Source: Pseudogymnoascus verrucosus | Taxonomy: Eukaryota | DNA length: 64,000 nt | Direction: 5' to 3' (one strand) | Assembly: GCA_001662655.1 (NCBI GenBank) | Contig: KV460206.1 | In this document: one piece after another, positions 45,401 through 57,332 of the stretch | How positions within the stretch are numbered: the first letter of the stretch is position 1 | How the letters are laid out: each line of letters opens with the position of its first letter | Notes under the pieces: generated by a model | Seen by the model: the letters and a program-made list of their open reading frames with translations, nothing else | What the model was told of the DNA's origin: nothing | The model's database searches: none | Position numbers and translations under genes: made by a program

Positions 45401-47427
45401 GGCTTTAAGAGGGAGGTCTTGTGTCGCCTTCCTGTCGTCAGAGACAGAGGAAGCTCGAATGAAGGCTTGTTTGAGCTCAGCTCAGCTCAGCTCAGCTTGT
45501 ACAGTTGATCGATCGAGCAAGGTAGATGTGAATGAGAGGTGAGTGAGTAATAGTTATGAGTGTGGTCAGTACTACCTCCCCAACCCGTCATAGTCGTCCT
45601 CGTCGCCAAGGCGTCGTCGTTGCTGTTGCTATGCCAGTCCGTCCGTCTGTCTTTGAGTAGCTAGCTCATCCCATACAACTGTGCAGGACAGTGATGAGTG
45701 GTACTATGGATATTCCGTCCCAAGCCAGCTGTGGGATAGACAGCCAATTACAGCCCCACGAACTCGCCGTCTCTCGAAAATGCTGCCCGAACGTGGTCCA
45801 CTCACTCATCTACAGCTAGCCGCTTGGGTAGAACTGCGCGTGCGTGCGTGGTAGTAATTCTGCCGCGGCAACGGTCTTGGTATCAGTCAGTTTATGCGGC
45901 CGCGTACGGAGGGGACGGCATGAGGTAGTAGTAGGTAGGCACGACGATAATTCGATATAATGGGAGGTGGAGGAGGAGGAGGAGATGCGTGTGGTGTGTG
46001 TGTAGGAAACCCCTAAAGAAGGAAATAGGAGAGTGGGGCTATACCGGATTCGGAGGTGATTCTTCCCAAAACGGGAAAAGTCAATAAACACAGACCACCA
46101 CAGATCCTCAAAGGGGCGGTCTTGGCCTTGGCCCTACTACTGTTTTTCCTGTGTGTGTGTATCAAGCAACTCCCCCACTCTGATTGGTCCACACCCTTTC
46201 AAACGCAGAGACATAAAAAGAGAACTCGATAATTTCAAAACCCCCCCCCTTTGGCCCAATCAGAGCCAAGGTATTGCCGAGGCTGGCTGCCCCCGTCCAG
46301 AACAGTAATTTAGTCCCTATCAAGAGAAACTAATGGTCCCCTTTTTTTTTAAGGGCGGTAGAGCGGTAGAGCGGTTATGCCGGAGGAACATGTTTTTTGG
46401 CCTGTGCTTCTGGTGGTGGGTTCTGGTACGAAAAAGTGTATTTTGAGAGAGACAGAGAGGGGCTTGGCGGTGCTAAATGTAACTCTGGCCACAGTTTACA
46501 AGAGAGTATTCGGCATAGTGGTACTTAGTTTACCAATACGGTAATTTTCTCTTCAATGACCGCCACAAGCCTACCGCCCGCGAAAGTGAAGTGGGAATGG
46601 TACTTACGGTATGGTATGTATGTATGTATGTATGTATGACAGAGGGTCATAATCACAAACCTGCATCATCACCTCCCGAGCGTATGGTCTTGAAGGAACC
46701 CATCACCGCTGTGACGGGATCATCGGTTGTCTGAGGTGTCTGTCTGAGCTTGGGTTCGCCCGGTCGGCCGTTATTGGGGATTTGCTTTTTCTTGCCTGTG
46801 GGAGGGGGGGAGGGGGAAGTGTATTTTTGATACACAGGCGCGACTTCGCCGGAACACGGAAAAAGGGAGGAATGGAGACTCAGGGTTTGATGGTGCGCTT
46901 CGTGATGTACAGGAGGGAGAGGAGAACGCGTTAGAGGATTGTTTTCGTATCCACTCTCGAATTTGTCTGTGTCTGTGGTTGAGTAGTGTTAGTAGCGTCC
47001 GTAGTTGTCCATAGTGTCAGTAGTAGTGCGCTCAACGACTTTCTTTCCCACGATTTTAGTCTAGGCGGCGATGGATGGGGACGGACGGAGATGAGGGTTT
47101 ATGGGTTTGAGTGTGCGGGTGGTGTTGGTGCCTGGGACCGGTGGGTAATCCGTGCTTGTGCTTGCTGGGAGATCTCCTTTTAATTGTGTGTTTAATTATG
47201 GGTATTCTTTGGTCGGTAGTGTGGTGTATTAGTTTGGATAGTAGGTTCTGTATAGTTCTGTTATAGTCTGTGGTCTGTGGTTGTATTGGATTGTGTGTGG
47301 ACAGGCAAATTAAGTCGGGGATACGATAATATGGATATGGTAGGTAATGTTACTGACACGGTTTGTTATGATATATGTATAGTGCTACTTTGATACTCGG
47401 GATAGACTCGAGCATATGATGCGATGC

Positions 47428-47617
47428 GTACGTGGAGTGTGCGTGTACGGAGGATGTACGGAGAGTATGAGTGTACGGATGATGTACGGAGAGTATGAGT
47501 GTACGGAGAGTGTGAGTGTACGGAGAGTGTGAGTGTACGGAGAGTGTAATAAATAGATAGTGTACGTGGAGTGTAATGAGTGAGTGTCCATATGAGTGCG
47601 AGTGTAATGAGTACGGG
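47428..47617. repeat. Minisatellite built on GAGTGTACGGAGAGT(G/A)T (~17-mer) units
   Basis: Tandem copies of gtacggagagtgtgagt / gtacggagagtatgagt, degenerating toward both ends. Confidence 0.88.
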
Positions 47618-49873
47618 AAGGTACTGATGCGTAATGCCAAAATAGCCAGACCAGAGCAGACCAAGACAAGAACCAAGAGCCAGACCACAAGCCAGGCCAA
47701 GAAGTTACGAGTTACCACCTGTGTTTACGAACTACGAACTGTGTGTATGTCAGACTCTGTTGTAAATGTACAGTCACCGCACAAGTTGTGTGTAAGAGTA
47801 CTTACTTGGCTTCGTACATATCGCCTCCCACCCGCCGCAGCCGTCCACGTCCATGTCCACGTCCACGACAACGACGACGCACAACCCTTTCCCTTCTCCC
47901 TACACCCACCCACCTATCACCACCGCCCACCCATCCTCCACTCCTCCTCCGCCCACCTCCACCTCCACCTCCACCACCTCCACTCCTCTCCCACCGCCAA
48001 ATCGTCTCTGTCTCTTGTCTCCGTAATAAAAATGTCTGTTGTGACTATGTCTGTGGTACCAATCGATACTTCTGCTACAGATACAATCCCCATACAACCC
48101 CACCCACACTCCCACCCACACTCCCACCCAAATCATCATCAACAACCCCAAGCCCACATGTACCCATCATGTACTCTACCATTTCATGTATAATTAGTGC
48201 ATTCCGCTCATCCCAATCCCATCCTTTTTTTCCGCCCTTTCTCTTTTGCCCTTCCCCAATCCCAATCCCAGCCCCATTTCCTCTACCCACCTCCTCCCCC
48301 CCCCAATCCTAATCCCGGCCTATCCCCAATCCCATCCCTTCCCATCCACCTTCTGCATCCACACACTCCTCTCCTCTCTACATCTCCGCCCTCCCTCTTC
48401 TCTCCTCCAACCACAGGCCTCTACTTACCATTCTCTCACCACTCAAACCGCTCTCCTACTCTCCGCCTCCCTTCTCCTCCCCTCCTCTTCCCTCCTCCTC
48501 CTCATCACCCCCCCAGTCGCTGGCGGTCTCCATTTCTCCCTCTTCCTTCCCCCCTACCCTACCACAAACTACTGCCCTCTATTTTTCCTCCTCCTCCACC
48601 CCCCCTCCACCTCCACCACCCAACCCATCAAGTCTCACCTTGGCACCTGATCGCTGGTTACTGGACCTACCGGGGGGTTACTGGGCCACAATTACTCTTA
48701 CCTTACTACTACCTTACTACCCTTGACTACCTCAACTACCATTACTCTACTCTACCTTCTTCTTCTACTCCCACTCCCAGTCCTAGTCCCAGTCCCAGTC
48801 CCATCCCTTCTATCCGACCGACCTCCGACCCTCTTCTCTTCCTCTGAGCGACTCTTGGTTTTTGCCTCCCGCGACTTCTTTGCTCCATTCTCCCAATCTT
48901 TTCCCTCTCCCGCCCGCCCACATCGTCATCCTCTTATTTTTTTTGCCCTCGACCACACGAAAAGAAAAATTTCTCCTTCGTGCCGCGTCAGAAACCCTCC
49001 TTCACGACCCTTCACGACCACTTTTCGCCCTCGGTTACGTCTTGGTGGTTTCTTGTTGTGAGGCTTGTCAAACAAAAATAGCCCTCGGACACTTGGGATT
49101 TTGTTACCGCGCCTCCTTGGGATCAGCCAAAACCTTCAACAACCCTTTCTTCCTTCAACCCACCCCATCGACCGGACCAGCTTTCCGACCTGCTCTTACC
49201 TGGCCCCTTCTGCAAACGACTTCACATTCACAATACGTTGTGTAATTCAGTTTACACTCAACTCGCTGTCCTGCTCCAGTCCGCCAGACATACTCTCCAG
49301 GTGTCAGCTTACTGGTCGTGTGGACAAACAGTCGCCTCTCAACACCGCCTCTGACCGCAGCACCCTCACGACGACCACACTCTCCGAACCAACCAGCTAG
49401 TCCCTGGGTTTACGTTATACGACCCTCATAAGCTACTAGGCAGATTCTTGCATCACGTTAAGACCGACACTTTCATCTCCGGCACGAGCAACTTCCCGTT
49501 GCAAAGCCCGTCCGCTTTCCGCCCATTCCCTGCATTTGATATACGCATTCTTCAAGTCGTAAACGTTCTCGCCACAACACACGCAAGCGTTTAAGCGGCA
49601 CATTTTCCCTTTCCTCTGATTCGAGAGTTCCGAGGACGCCTCCTAATCACACGTTTGATTTTCTGGAATACTACGAACCTGGTGAGCTTTTAGCTAAGTC
49701 TTGCCCTCGTCGTCGATCTTCAGCACATCTCGAAGCAAATACGCAACACAAAGCAACCACAAACAAACCGATATCTGCTTGATCTCGAAAACAACAGATC
49801 AAATACTATATCTACTCTCAGCTATCGCTCTTACTACCACACACCAAACATACATCTGAAGAACCACCCACGC

Positions 49874-49891
49874 ATGTCGACGAGACAATAG
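49874..49891 (+). other. Candidate uORF (MSTRQ*) in the CLG1-like 5' leader
   Basis: Only ATG between 48189 and 50069 outside the predicted intron 49971..50023. Confidence 0.5.
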
Positions 49892-50069
49892 ATCAAGGTT
49901 TTTGTGTGTTTCGCTCCGGATAGAGCTTTCGCTCTTGTCGCTCAGTTCTGTTAGAGCTGCGAAAGGACAGGTTAGTCGCTGCGATATACTCTCCTCCTTC
50001 GGATTATGCTGACCGCCTTCCAGATATTTATCTATCCTTTCCACTCTCAGTCCCTCCCACTCGCTCATC

Positions 50070-51485
50070 ATGCCGAACTTCTACAACCACCCCCGCGCGG
50101 GGCTCATTACACCACCGGACTCAGGCCATGCAATGTACGGATACCGCAACACTGGACCAGTTTCATACAACCAGAACAGCAGGAAGAACGGGTATGATGG
50201 CGTATCATACGCCGCCCCTCCCGGACCACTGATGTACCAGCCTCCACCAATGCACTACAACAACATGCCTTCAGTTGCTGCCCCGGGCATGCCTAACCAG
50301 TCCTACGGACCAATCGCTGCCCCGATCTTGCCAGCTCCCATCTCTGACCGCCCCGTTGATGCCTCCGGCCGCAACACCGCACAGAGATTCGAGCAACGCC
50401 CTCAGCAACCCCCAGCGAAGCAGGAGAAGATCACTGGCGGCGTCGCCCAGGAGTTGGATTATGAGATGGATCAGATGACCGACTACGTTTCAGACATGGC
50501 CCAATCAATGTATGCTCTCCTATGCTCTCCTCACATCCGCCTTGCAGATATTGACCTCGCCCGAAGTGTTATGCCTGGCTCGAAAGTCTCCCCGGCCTTC
50601 CGGAAGTTCGTCTCTGGTCTCCTGTCCTCGACTCGCCTCCCGAGCTCGACCATCCTGCTGGGAATGAACTACCTCGCTCGCCGCATGAGCATGCTCAACA
50701 GTCCGACGCCTCGAAAGACCACCGACGGACAGGTTTGGCGCATGCTGACCATCGCTCTGCTCCTGGGAAGTAAGTTCCTCGACGACAACACCTTCCAGAA
50801 CAGATCTTGGTCAGAGGTCAGCGGCATTGCTGTTTCTGAGCTCAACTCGCTCGAGAAGGAGTGGCTGCAGGCAATCGAGTGGAACCTCCACGTCGATCCC
50901 GTCACCGACACCGACTTCCACTCGTGGCTCGCCTCGTGGGCTAGCTGGAAGGAGACTAAGAACAAGCAGCGCAACGCGACCCTCGAGCGTCTCGCACCTC
51001 TTGCCGCTATCGACACCAACGTTCAGCGCAACCATGGTCAGCGCAAGCCGTACTCCCCAACATCTGCGTCGTATGGCTTCAACCAAGGCGGCAACGAGAA
51101 CCACCCGCCTTCGGCGTACCATGTTCCTACTCAGCCCCGATACGAGCAAACTTCATGGGCACAGGGCAGAGCACCACATGAGCTGTCTCCTCCTTCCGCT
51201 CCCGAGTCTGGCCCAAACACTCCAGAGTGGATGATGCTGCCAAACTCTGGCCTGCCACCCACCGACTGGTACGGCTACGATGCCTTCTACAACAGAAGAA
51301 ACCAGCAGCCATCAACTCACGTCTCGTACGCGCTTCCCCAGACCACTCCGTATCAGACTCCATACCACGGCCACTACTCCCAGAACCTCTGGGGTCACCA
51401 CGCTGGGTGCGGATGCGGGTACTGCGGTCGCCCAACCGACTCGTACTTCATGCCCACTTACGGCCAGCAAACTGTCGCTGGTTAA
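50070..51485 (+). CDS. CLG1: Pho85-type cyclin-like protein Clg1, 471 aa, intronless CDS
   Basis: Cyclin box GGVAQELDYEMDQMTDYV...FRKFVSGLLSSTRLPSSTILLGMNYL...LLLGSKFLDDNTFQNRSWSEVSGI...ELNSLEKEWL. Confidence 0.9.
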   Translation: MPNFYNHPRAGLITPPDSGHAMYGYRNTGPVSYNQNSRKNGYDGVSYAAPPGPLMYQPPPMHYNNMPSVAAPGMPNQSYGPIAAPILPAPISDRPVDASGRNTAQRFEQRPQQPPAKQEKITGGVAQELDYEMDQMTDYVSDMAQSMYALLCSPHIRLADIDLARSVMPGSKVSPAFRKFVSGLLSSTRLPSSTILLGMNYLARRMSMLNSPTPRKTTDGQVWRMLTIALLLGSKFLDDNTFQNRSWSEVSGIAVSELNSLEKEWLQAIEWNLHVDPVTDTDFHSWLASWASWKETKNKQRNATLERLAPLAAIDTNVQRNHGQRKPYSPTSASYGFNQGGNENHPPSAYHVPTQPRYEQTSWAQGRAPHELSPPSAPESGPNTPEWMMLPNSGLPPTDWYGYDAFYNRRNQQPSTHVSYALPQTTPYQTPYHGHYSQNLWGHHAGCGCGYCGRPTDSYFMPTYGQQTVAG

Positions 51486-53036
51486 GCAAGTCGTCGGCTT
51501 CCGACCATTGAACACCACGGATGCTCATTTGAGCGTGCACATCAAAAGCTCAAAACAAAACTTTGCTTCCACTCTAGGACCTCACTTCTTGCAACGGGTC
51601 TTTTTCGGTGTTTGGTCAGAAAAAAAAAGTACAACAAAAAGTTTCTCATGTTTTTTTTTAAAGCGTTCAGATTTCCAAGCGCGCATTTACGTTATCAAGC
51701 GCCATTGTCCAGAATCACGATTTCGATCTCGGACACACCAAAAAGCAACGCAGGATCTCGACAAAATTCGAAGGCACCACCATCCCATCTGGTGCCCTTC
51801 ATGATCTCGAGTTGCGTTGCGCCCCCGCATTGTGCTGGGCGGCTGCCTCGATCTTCACGACTTCCTTTTTTATTATTGCAACTTCATCTTCTCAAACAAA
51901 TGTTTTTTTGTTTTCTTGCTTGGGCATCGCGGGTGCATTAGAATTTGCTTGCTGTTTTTCTTTTGTCCTCGCTTCAAGTCCTCGCGCGCGTTTTTTTATT
52001 ACATATGGCGGACACACAACCGGGAACGGAGTTTATTTGTTAAACCGGAGTTTAATGGATGGTGATGGGGGGGGTGGCAGGGGTGTTTTATATCGCGATT
52101 TTGTTTCTAGACTTCGATGTTTTGTTTGGCGCGCGCTATGGCGTCAAAACCCACTCGCTTGTTTTTGATTTTTTGCTGTGGAGTGGCTTACTGTTACTTG
52201 TAATCTTTTTTTTGCGCATCTTCTTTCTTCTTGATCTTTTCTGGCTGAGCTGATTTGCTCCTTTGGATCTGGCTGGACATATAACTTTCCTCTCTCGAGG
52301 AGAGGGTGGTTTGGATGGGCTACCTGCCGAGGGCTTCTTTTGCATGGCTAGGGGGTTTACTTTTCCCTTTCTTGTATTGATGTACATGGGGGTATCGGGT
52401 TTGTGGCAGGCTTGGGATGGGAGGGAAATCAGCGGGGGGAAACGCAACTGTGTTTGCACAAAATGGGAAAAAAGGGAAGATGTGTTTCGCGCAGCGGACG
52501 AGAGCATCTGAGGGATGGGAGAAGCGGGTTTTGCATGGATGCCTTTTTTTTGAGCCTTTTGTGTGGCTGAGGGCTGGGAGGGACTACGACGTTTATGACT
52601 TTACCCTTTTTTATTATTTTCGAGCTCACACGAGAAGACATTTTTTCCTTTCGAGGGGTTAATGGTGTGGAGTGTGCCGCTGAAGAGATTAGCGAGCCGG
52701 CTTGGGGGTTTTGATGAGGAGGGATTTTGTGTGGTGTTGAGGATGAGGGGATTGATAGGAGTAGTATAGAGAGGTGGTAATGAAGATCTTTGTTGTTCTT
52801 CACTTTTGGTGTTCTTCATTGTGATTGATTGATTCGAGTGATGTGAGTGCAAAGTATCAAGTATGCGAAGTGTAGCTGTAAGGTATGTCAAGTAATATTA
52901 TAGCGGTGTGTAGTACGTAGTAAAACGAGCATAATTCAGACAATGTTACTCCTATAATCGTTAAAACTACTCTATCTTCGAAGATTGACTCCTGAAGCCA
53001 AAATTCAACCTCCATTGACGTGCCATCCATGAAATG

Positions 53037-53171
53037 TAGGGGTTAGGGCCGTCATCAACCTCGAAATTCCAGAAGCGCACTAGCTAGTTCCAAACTCCAC
53101 ATATCACGTGATCAACATCGTCAAAAACATTTCGTGGCTAACCCGACCCTTGCCAGGCTCGCTTAGCCCTC
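53037..53171. promoter_or_regulatory. Ribosomal-protein promoter-like motifs (GCCCTAA-type and CACGTG) upstream of RPL9
   Basis: GGGTTAGGGC (reverse GCCCTAACCC) at ~53040, ATCACGTGAT at 53103, and GCTAACCC and TTAGCCCT 110-240 bp upstream of the ATG. Function is inferred from position only. Confidence 0.35.
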
Positions 53172-53281
53172 TTGGCGTGCCGCACACACATTTCGGGTCA
53201 AATCTTCATTTTCACACGGCGGATCTCGAATTACACCCAGCGACATTTTCATCGACCAACGCGCCCAGCTAACGTGTCAAG

Positions 53282-54261
53282 ATGAGATACATTCACTCCA
53301 ACGAGACCCTTGACGTGCCGGAGGGTGGTGAGTCTTTACCCTTTTTTACGATTCCCGGGAGGGTTTGGGGGAGAGAGAGGATTGATTTGAGATGCGTGCC
53401 CGCTGTCGGATGATTGTTGCGATTGTTGGGAGGAGGATTATACCGATACTATACTACGACCTACGATGAGGGGAGGGAAACAACGGGGACAGCAGCGAGG
53501 GGGCACGCATTGCATCTGGAAAATCCGATCTTGAACCAGGCAGTACAGCAGTTTAATTTCACGAGCGGAGCGCTGACCTTTCTTCTTTACAGTCAAGGTC
53601 GTCATCAAGTCGCGCCTTGTGACCGTCGAGGGCCCCCGCGGCAAGCTCGTCAAGGACCTCGCCCATCTCGCCGTCAACTTCTCCTACCCCAAGAAGGGCC
53701 TCATCAACATCGAGCTCCACCACGGCGCCCGCAAGAATGTCGCTACCCTCCGCACAGTCCGCACCCTGATCAACAACATGATCATCGGCGTCACCAAGGG
53801 CTTCAAGTACAAGATGCGCTACGTGTACGCCCATTTCCCCATCAACGTCAACGTCAGCGAGAATGCCGAGACTGGCCTGTTCGAGGTCGAGATCAGAAAC
53901 TTCATTGGCGAGAAGATCGTTCGCAAGATCGTTATGCACCCGGGTGTGTCGGTTGAGGCGAGCAAGAACCAGAAGGATGAGCTGCAGTTGTCGGGTAACT
54001 CGGTCGAGAACGTGTCTCAGTCTGCGGCTGATATCCAGCAAATGTGCAAAGTGAGGAACAAGGATATCCGTAAGGTGCGTTATCAACCTCTCTCTCTCTC
54101 CCAGCCGCCCTCTCCCACCAGTCCCCCGCGGTGGGAGGCTGCAAAACCTGGCGAAAAAATCCCTGCAACAAGCAGACCAAACATACTAACGTTTTTTTGC
54201 TCTACAGTTCCTGGACGGTCTCTACGTGTCGGAGAAGGGCAACGTTGTGGAGGAGGATTAG
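53282..54261 (+). CDS. RPL9: 60S ribosomal protein L9 (uL6); exons 53282..53327, 53593..54074, 54208..54261
   Basis: [18 protein letters not shown]...TVEGPRGKL...[21 protein letters not shown]...[19 protein letters not shown]. Confidence 0.97.
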
Positions 54262-56053
54262 ATGCATTGTGACTGTTAGCGCGTCAAAAGGGGGCCAACA
54301 ACACTTTGTTTTTTTACGCCCTGCGGCGTCCTTGTTGTATCCGCGGCGAGATTAGGGGGAGCATTATCCTTTTTTGTTTCTTGCCTTTGTCTAGAGCCAG
54401 GGCAACGGTGCTAATGGAACTTGCAACAAACAAATATTCATGATTTCATGGGGGCTTGGGATGAGTGTTGTGTGTGAATGTGGGAGGGTGTGAATGTGCG
54501 TGTGTGTGCTTGCGAGGTCATGTGTGATTTGGTGATGTGGAGGGATGGTGAGAGCGAATGGGGTGAGTTGGGGTTGGGGTTGGGCTGGCTGCCTCTTGGT
54601 AGTTGGAGAGGTGAGTGATGGCAGGCCTGCCTATCAATCTCAATCTTCATACGCATCTTCATCGTTCTTCTTTCGCGCCGTTACCACGGGTGCCACGACC
54701 ACCCACAGATCAAACTCCACACCACCCATGTCTTCTATCCCATATCCTTATTTTCTCTTATTCCCAATATGTCTCACCACGCACAACCCCCCAACCTGGA
54801 AACCAAACACACACCCACCACCTCTACATCAAACTCTATTCATCAAAACCCTATCCCTCTGCTGTTGACTAAAGATAAGTGTGATGGACTAGTGTGTTGC
54901 GGGCGCTGCTTTTATGGTACACCTTCTCATCATCGTCTCCCTCAAATCTTATCCTAATCTACCTATTTCTCTCTCCAACAATCTTCAAGCGACACACTTG
55001 AGTTTGCTAAAGACACCACCTGGTATTCTCAAAAGTATTAGGGATGGCGGTTTTGACTACGAAACAGTCACAGGCAGTATGCTTCAGACTTGGGGTTCCC
55101 TCACAGGGCGTTGCACCTCCTTTGGGTTGTTGGGACGTTGTTGTTGGTGTTGCTGCTTTTGATGTCGAGGCTGTCAATGTTGAAGATATCAATGTTGATG
55201 CTGTCACTGTCATCATGCTGTCACTGCTATTACTTCTGCCGCTTCACTGTTGCCGCTTTACTATTGCCGCTTCACTGCTATCACTGCTATAACTACTATA
55301 ACTGCTATCGATGCTATCACTGCCAGTATGAGAAAGCACACAGAAACTGCAAGAAGAGAGATAAGAGAGTTGTCTTCTGAGCGTTACCTTTGGTGTAGCC
55401 ACTGCGACTGCCACTCACAGTTATTTCAACTCCACCATCGCCTTGTAGACCACAGTTCTCCTTCTGCCCGCCCCTCTACTTCGCCTTATTGCCCGTTTAG
55501 GCAAGAGAGGCTCGTCCAAAGGGGACAATGACCGTATGCATATATATTAAATGTCACGTTGCTAAACCCCCAAAGAGAACACGAGAAAGTGAGGGGTCCG
55601 GATGAGCAGTAATAAGCTTGCGGTGCAATTAGGTTCGTTCAGGACCTAGCGTTGCCTTTCCCTGCCGATTAATGCCTTTATTTACTAGCCCGTATGCCAT
55701 CATTCCTACTATTACCACGTGCTTCCGAATCCTGGCGTTTAGATAAACCAATGTTATAACTATCGCCAACATTGCATATTAAAAATGTTGTCTCTTTAGA
55801 TTTGTATGCAAGAGAGTCGACACTAGCCATGAGCAACGTAACATCTCTAGTAAGTGGTAGGAGAAGCTCTATGGGTGATAGGATATGTTAAATTTTCTCT
55901 TTCCATCTTACTGTGATGGCGTGTGTTGTAGTATCAAACTATAGTAAGAAGCGTATAAGAAAGGCATCGTATACCTATGAATTAAATACTAGCATCATTC
56001 ACTGCCGTCTTGGATACTTTGACCCTCCTTACCATCTAATTAGACTCCTAAAA

Positions 56054-57067
56054 ATGGCCCGGCTCACCAATCTAGCTGGCATCGCCACGCTTCTACTATC
56101 AAAGATAGTAACAGCGAACTACTCCCTCCTCAAAACCTACGACGCCTCCAATTTCTTCTCCGAGTTCCAAATTGTAAACATCCCCGACCCCTCCAGCGGA
56201 TTCGTCGAGTACGTCGACGCCGCAACCGCAGAATCAAAGTCCCTAGTAGGCATCCGCAACGGCCAAGTCTATCTCGGCGCCGACAGCATAACAGACAACA
56301 CCACCAACGGCCGCCCATCCGTCCGCGTCGAATCAACAGACTACTTCACCACCGGCCTCTTCATCGCCGACATCGCCCACATGCCCGGCAACGCCTGCGG
56401 CGTCTGGCCCGCCTACTGGACCAGCGGCCCCGACTGGCCCAACAGCGGGGAGATCGATATCATCGAAGCTATCAATCTGCAGAAGACTCCTATTATCACT
56501 TTGCATAGCGGGACGGGCTGCACGGTCGCCAATACGGGGTCGGCGGCGGGATCGGTCCTCACTAATGCGAATTGTAATACTGGCTGCTCCCAGTCGACGA
56601 CAGATACCCAAGCCTATGGTGATGAATTCAACGCTGTCAAGGGTGGCGCGTATGCCACACAGTGGACAACGAAGGGGATTGCGATTTGGTTCTTTCCCCG
56701 CGCCAGCATCCCGGCGGATATCACGGCGGGAACACCGGATCCGACGACTTGGGGGAAGCCGTTGACGTACTTTGTGGACTCTGGTGGCTGCGACTTCGCC
56801 ACGCACTTTAAGAGCAACCGCTTTATATTCAATATCAACTTTTGTGGCTGGGCGTAAGTGATAGTTCATTGATGTATGGAGTACTGATATGTGCTAACTC
56901 ATGGTAGTGGAAACGTGTGGTCATCATTCCCCGAGTGCAGTGCAAAGGCTGCCACTTGCAAGGAATATGTTGCCCAGAATCCGTCGGCGTTTACGGAGGC
57001 ATATTGGTTGATCAACTCTCTCAAGGTTTATCGTGAGGGAACCACCAAGCGCTTGTTCGTGGCATAA
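56054..57067 (+). CDS. Secreted GH16 endo-1,3(4)-beta-glucanase; exons 56054..56853, 56908..57067
   Basis: Signal peptide; GRPSVRVES, HMPGNACGVWPAYW, catalytic GEIDIIE; NINFCGWAG; C-terminal AFTEAYWLINSLKVY. Confidence 0.93.
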
Positions 57068-57332
57068 GATGCCAGCCTGGTACGGCTATGATGAGAACCT
57101 AAGAGATAGTCTTTAGCGTATCGGAGGTCGCGCATCAAAAAGGCAGTTTCTGTGAACCTTGGAAGCGTATATTTGAAGGAGAGGAAGTAGTGACATGTAA
57201 GCTTTTCAATTGTGATAAAGCCCCCGACGGCACTGCCGCCGCCAGAAGAGACAAGTAAACCTGTAATATATAGTCTATTCCAATCTCATATTATCCCTCT
57301 CGCTTCTCGTCTCGCAAGTAGACTCCGTAGAC

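Noticed and set aside
42500..49400. Many 60-216 aa ORFs in the long intergenic region
   Set aside because: Low-complexity Pro/His/Ser or Gly-rich translations from microsatellites and C-rich tracts, mostly with non-ATG starts and no recognisable domains.
53328..53592. Intronic box C/D snoRNA in RPL9 intron 1
   Set aside because: Only imperfect C-box candidates, and the only good CTGA is the branch site; no terminal stem or guide recognised.
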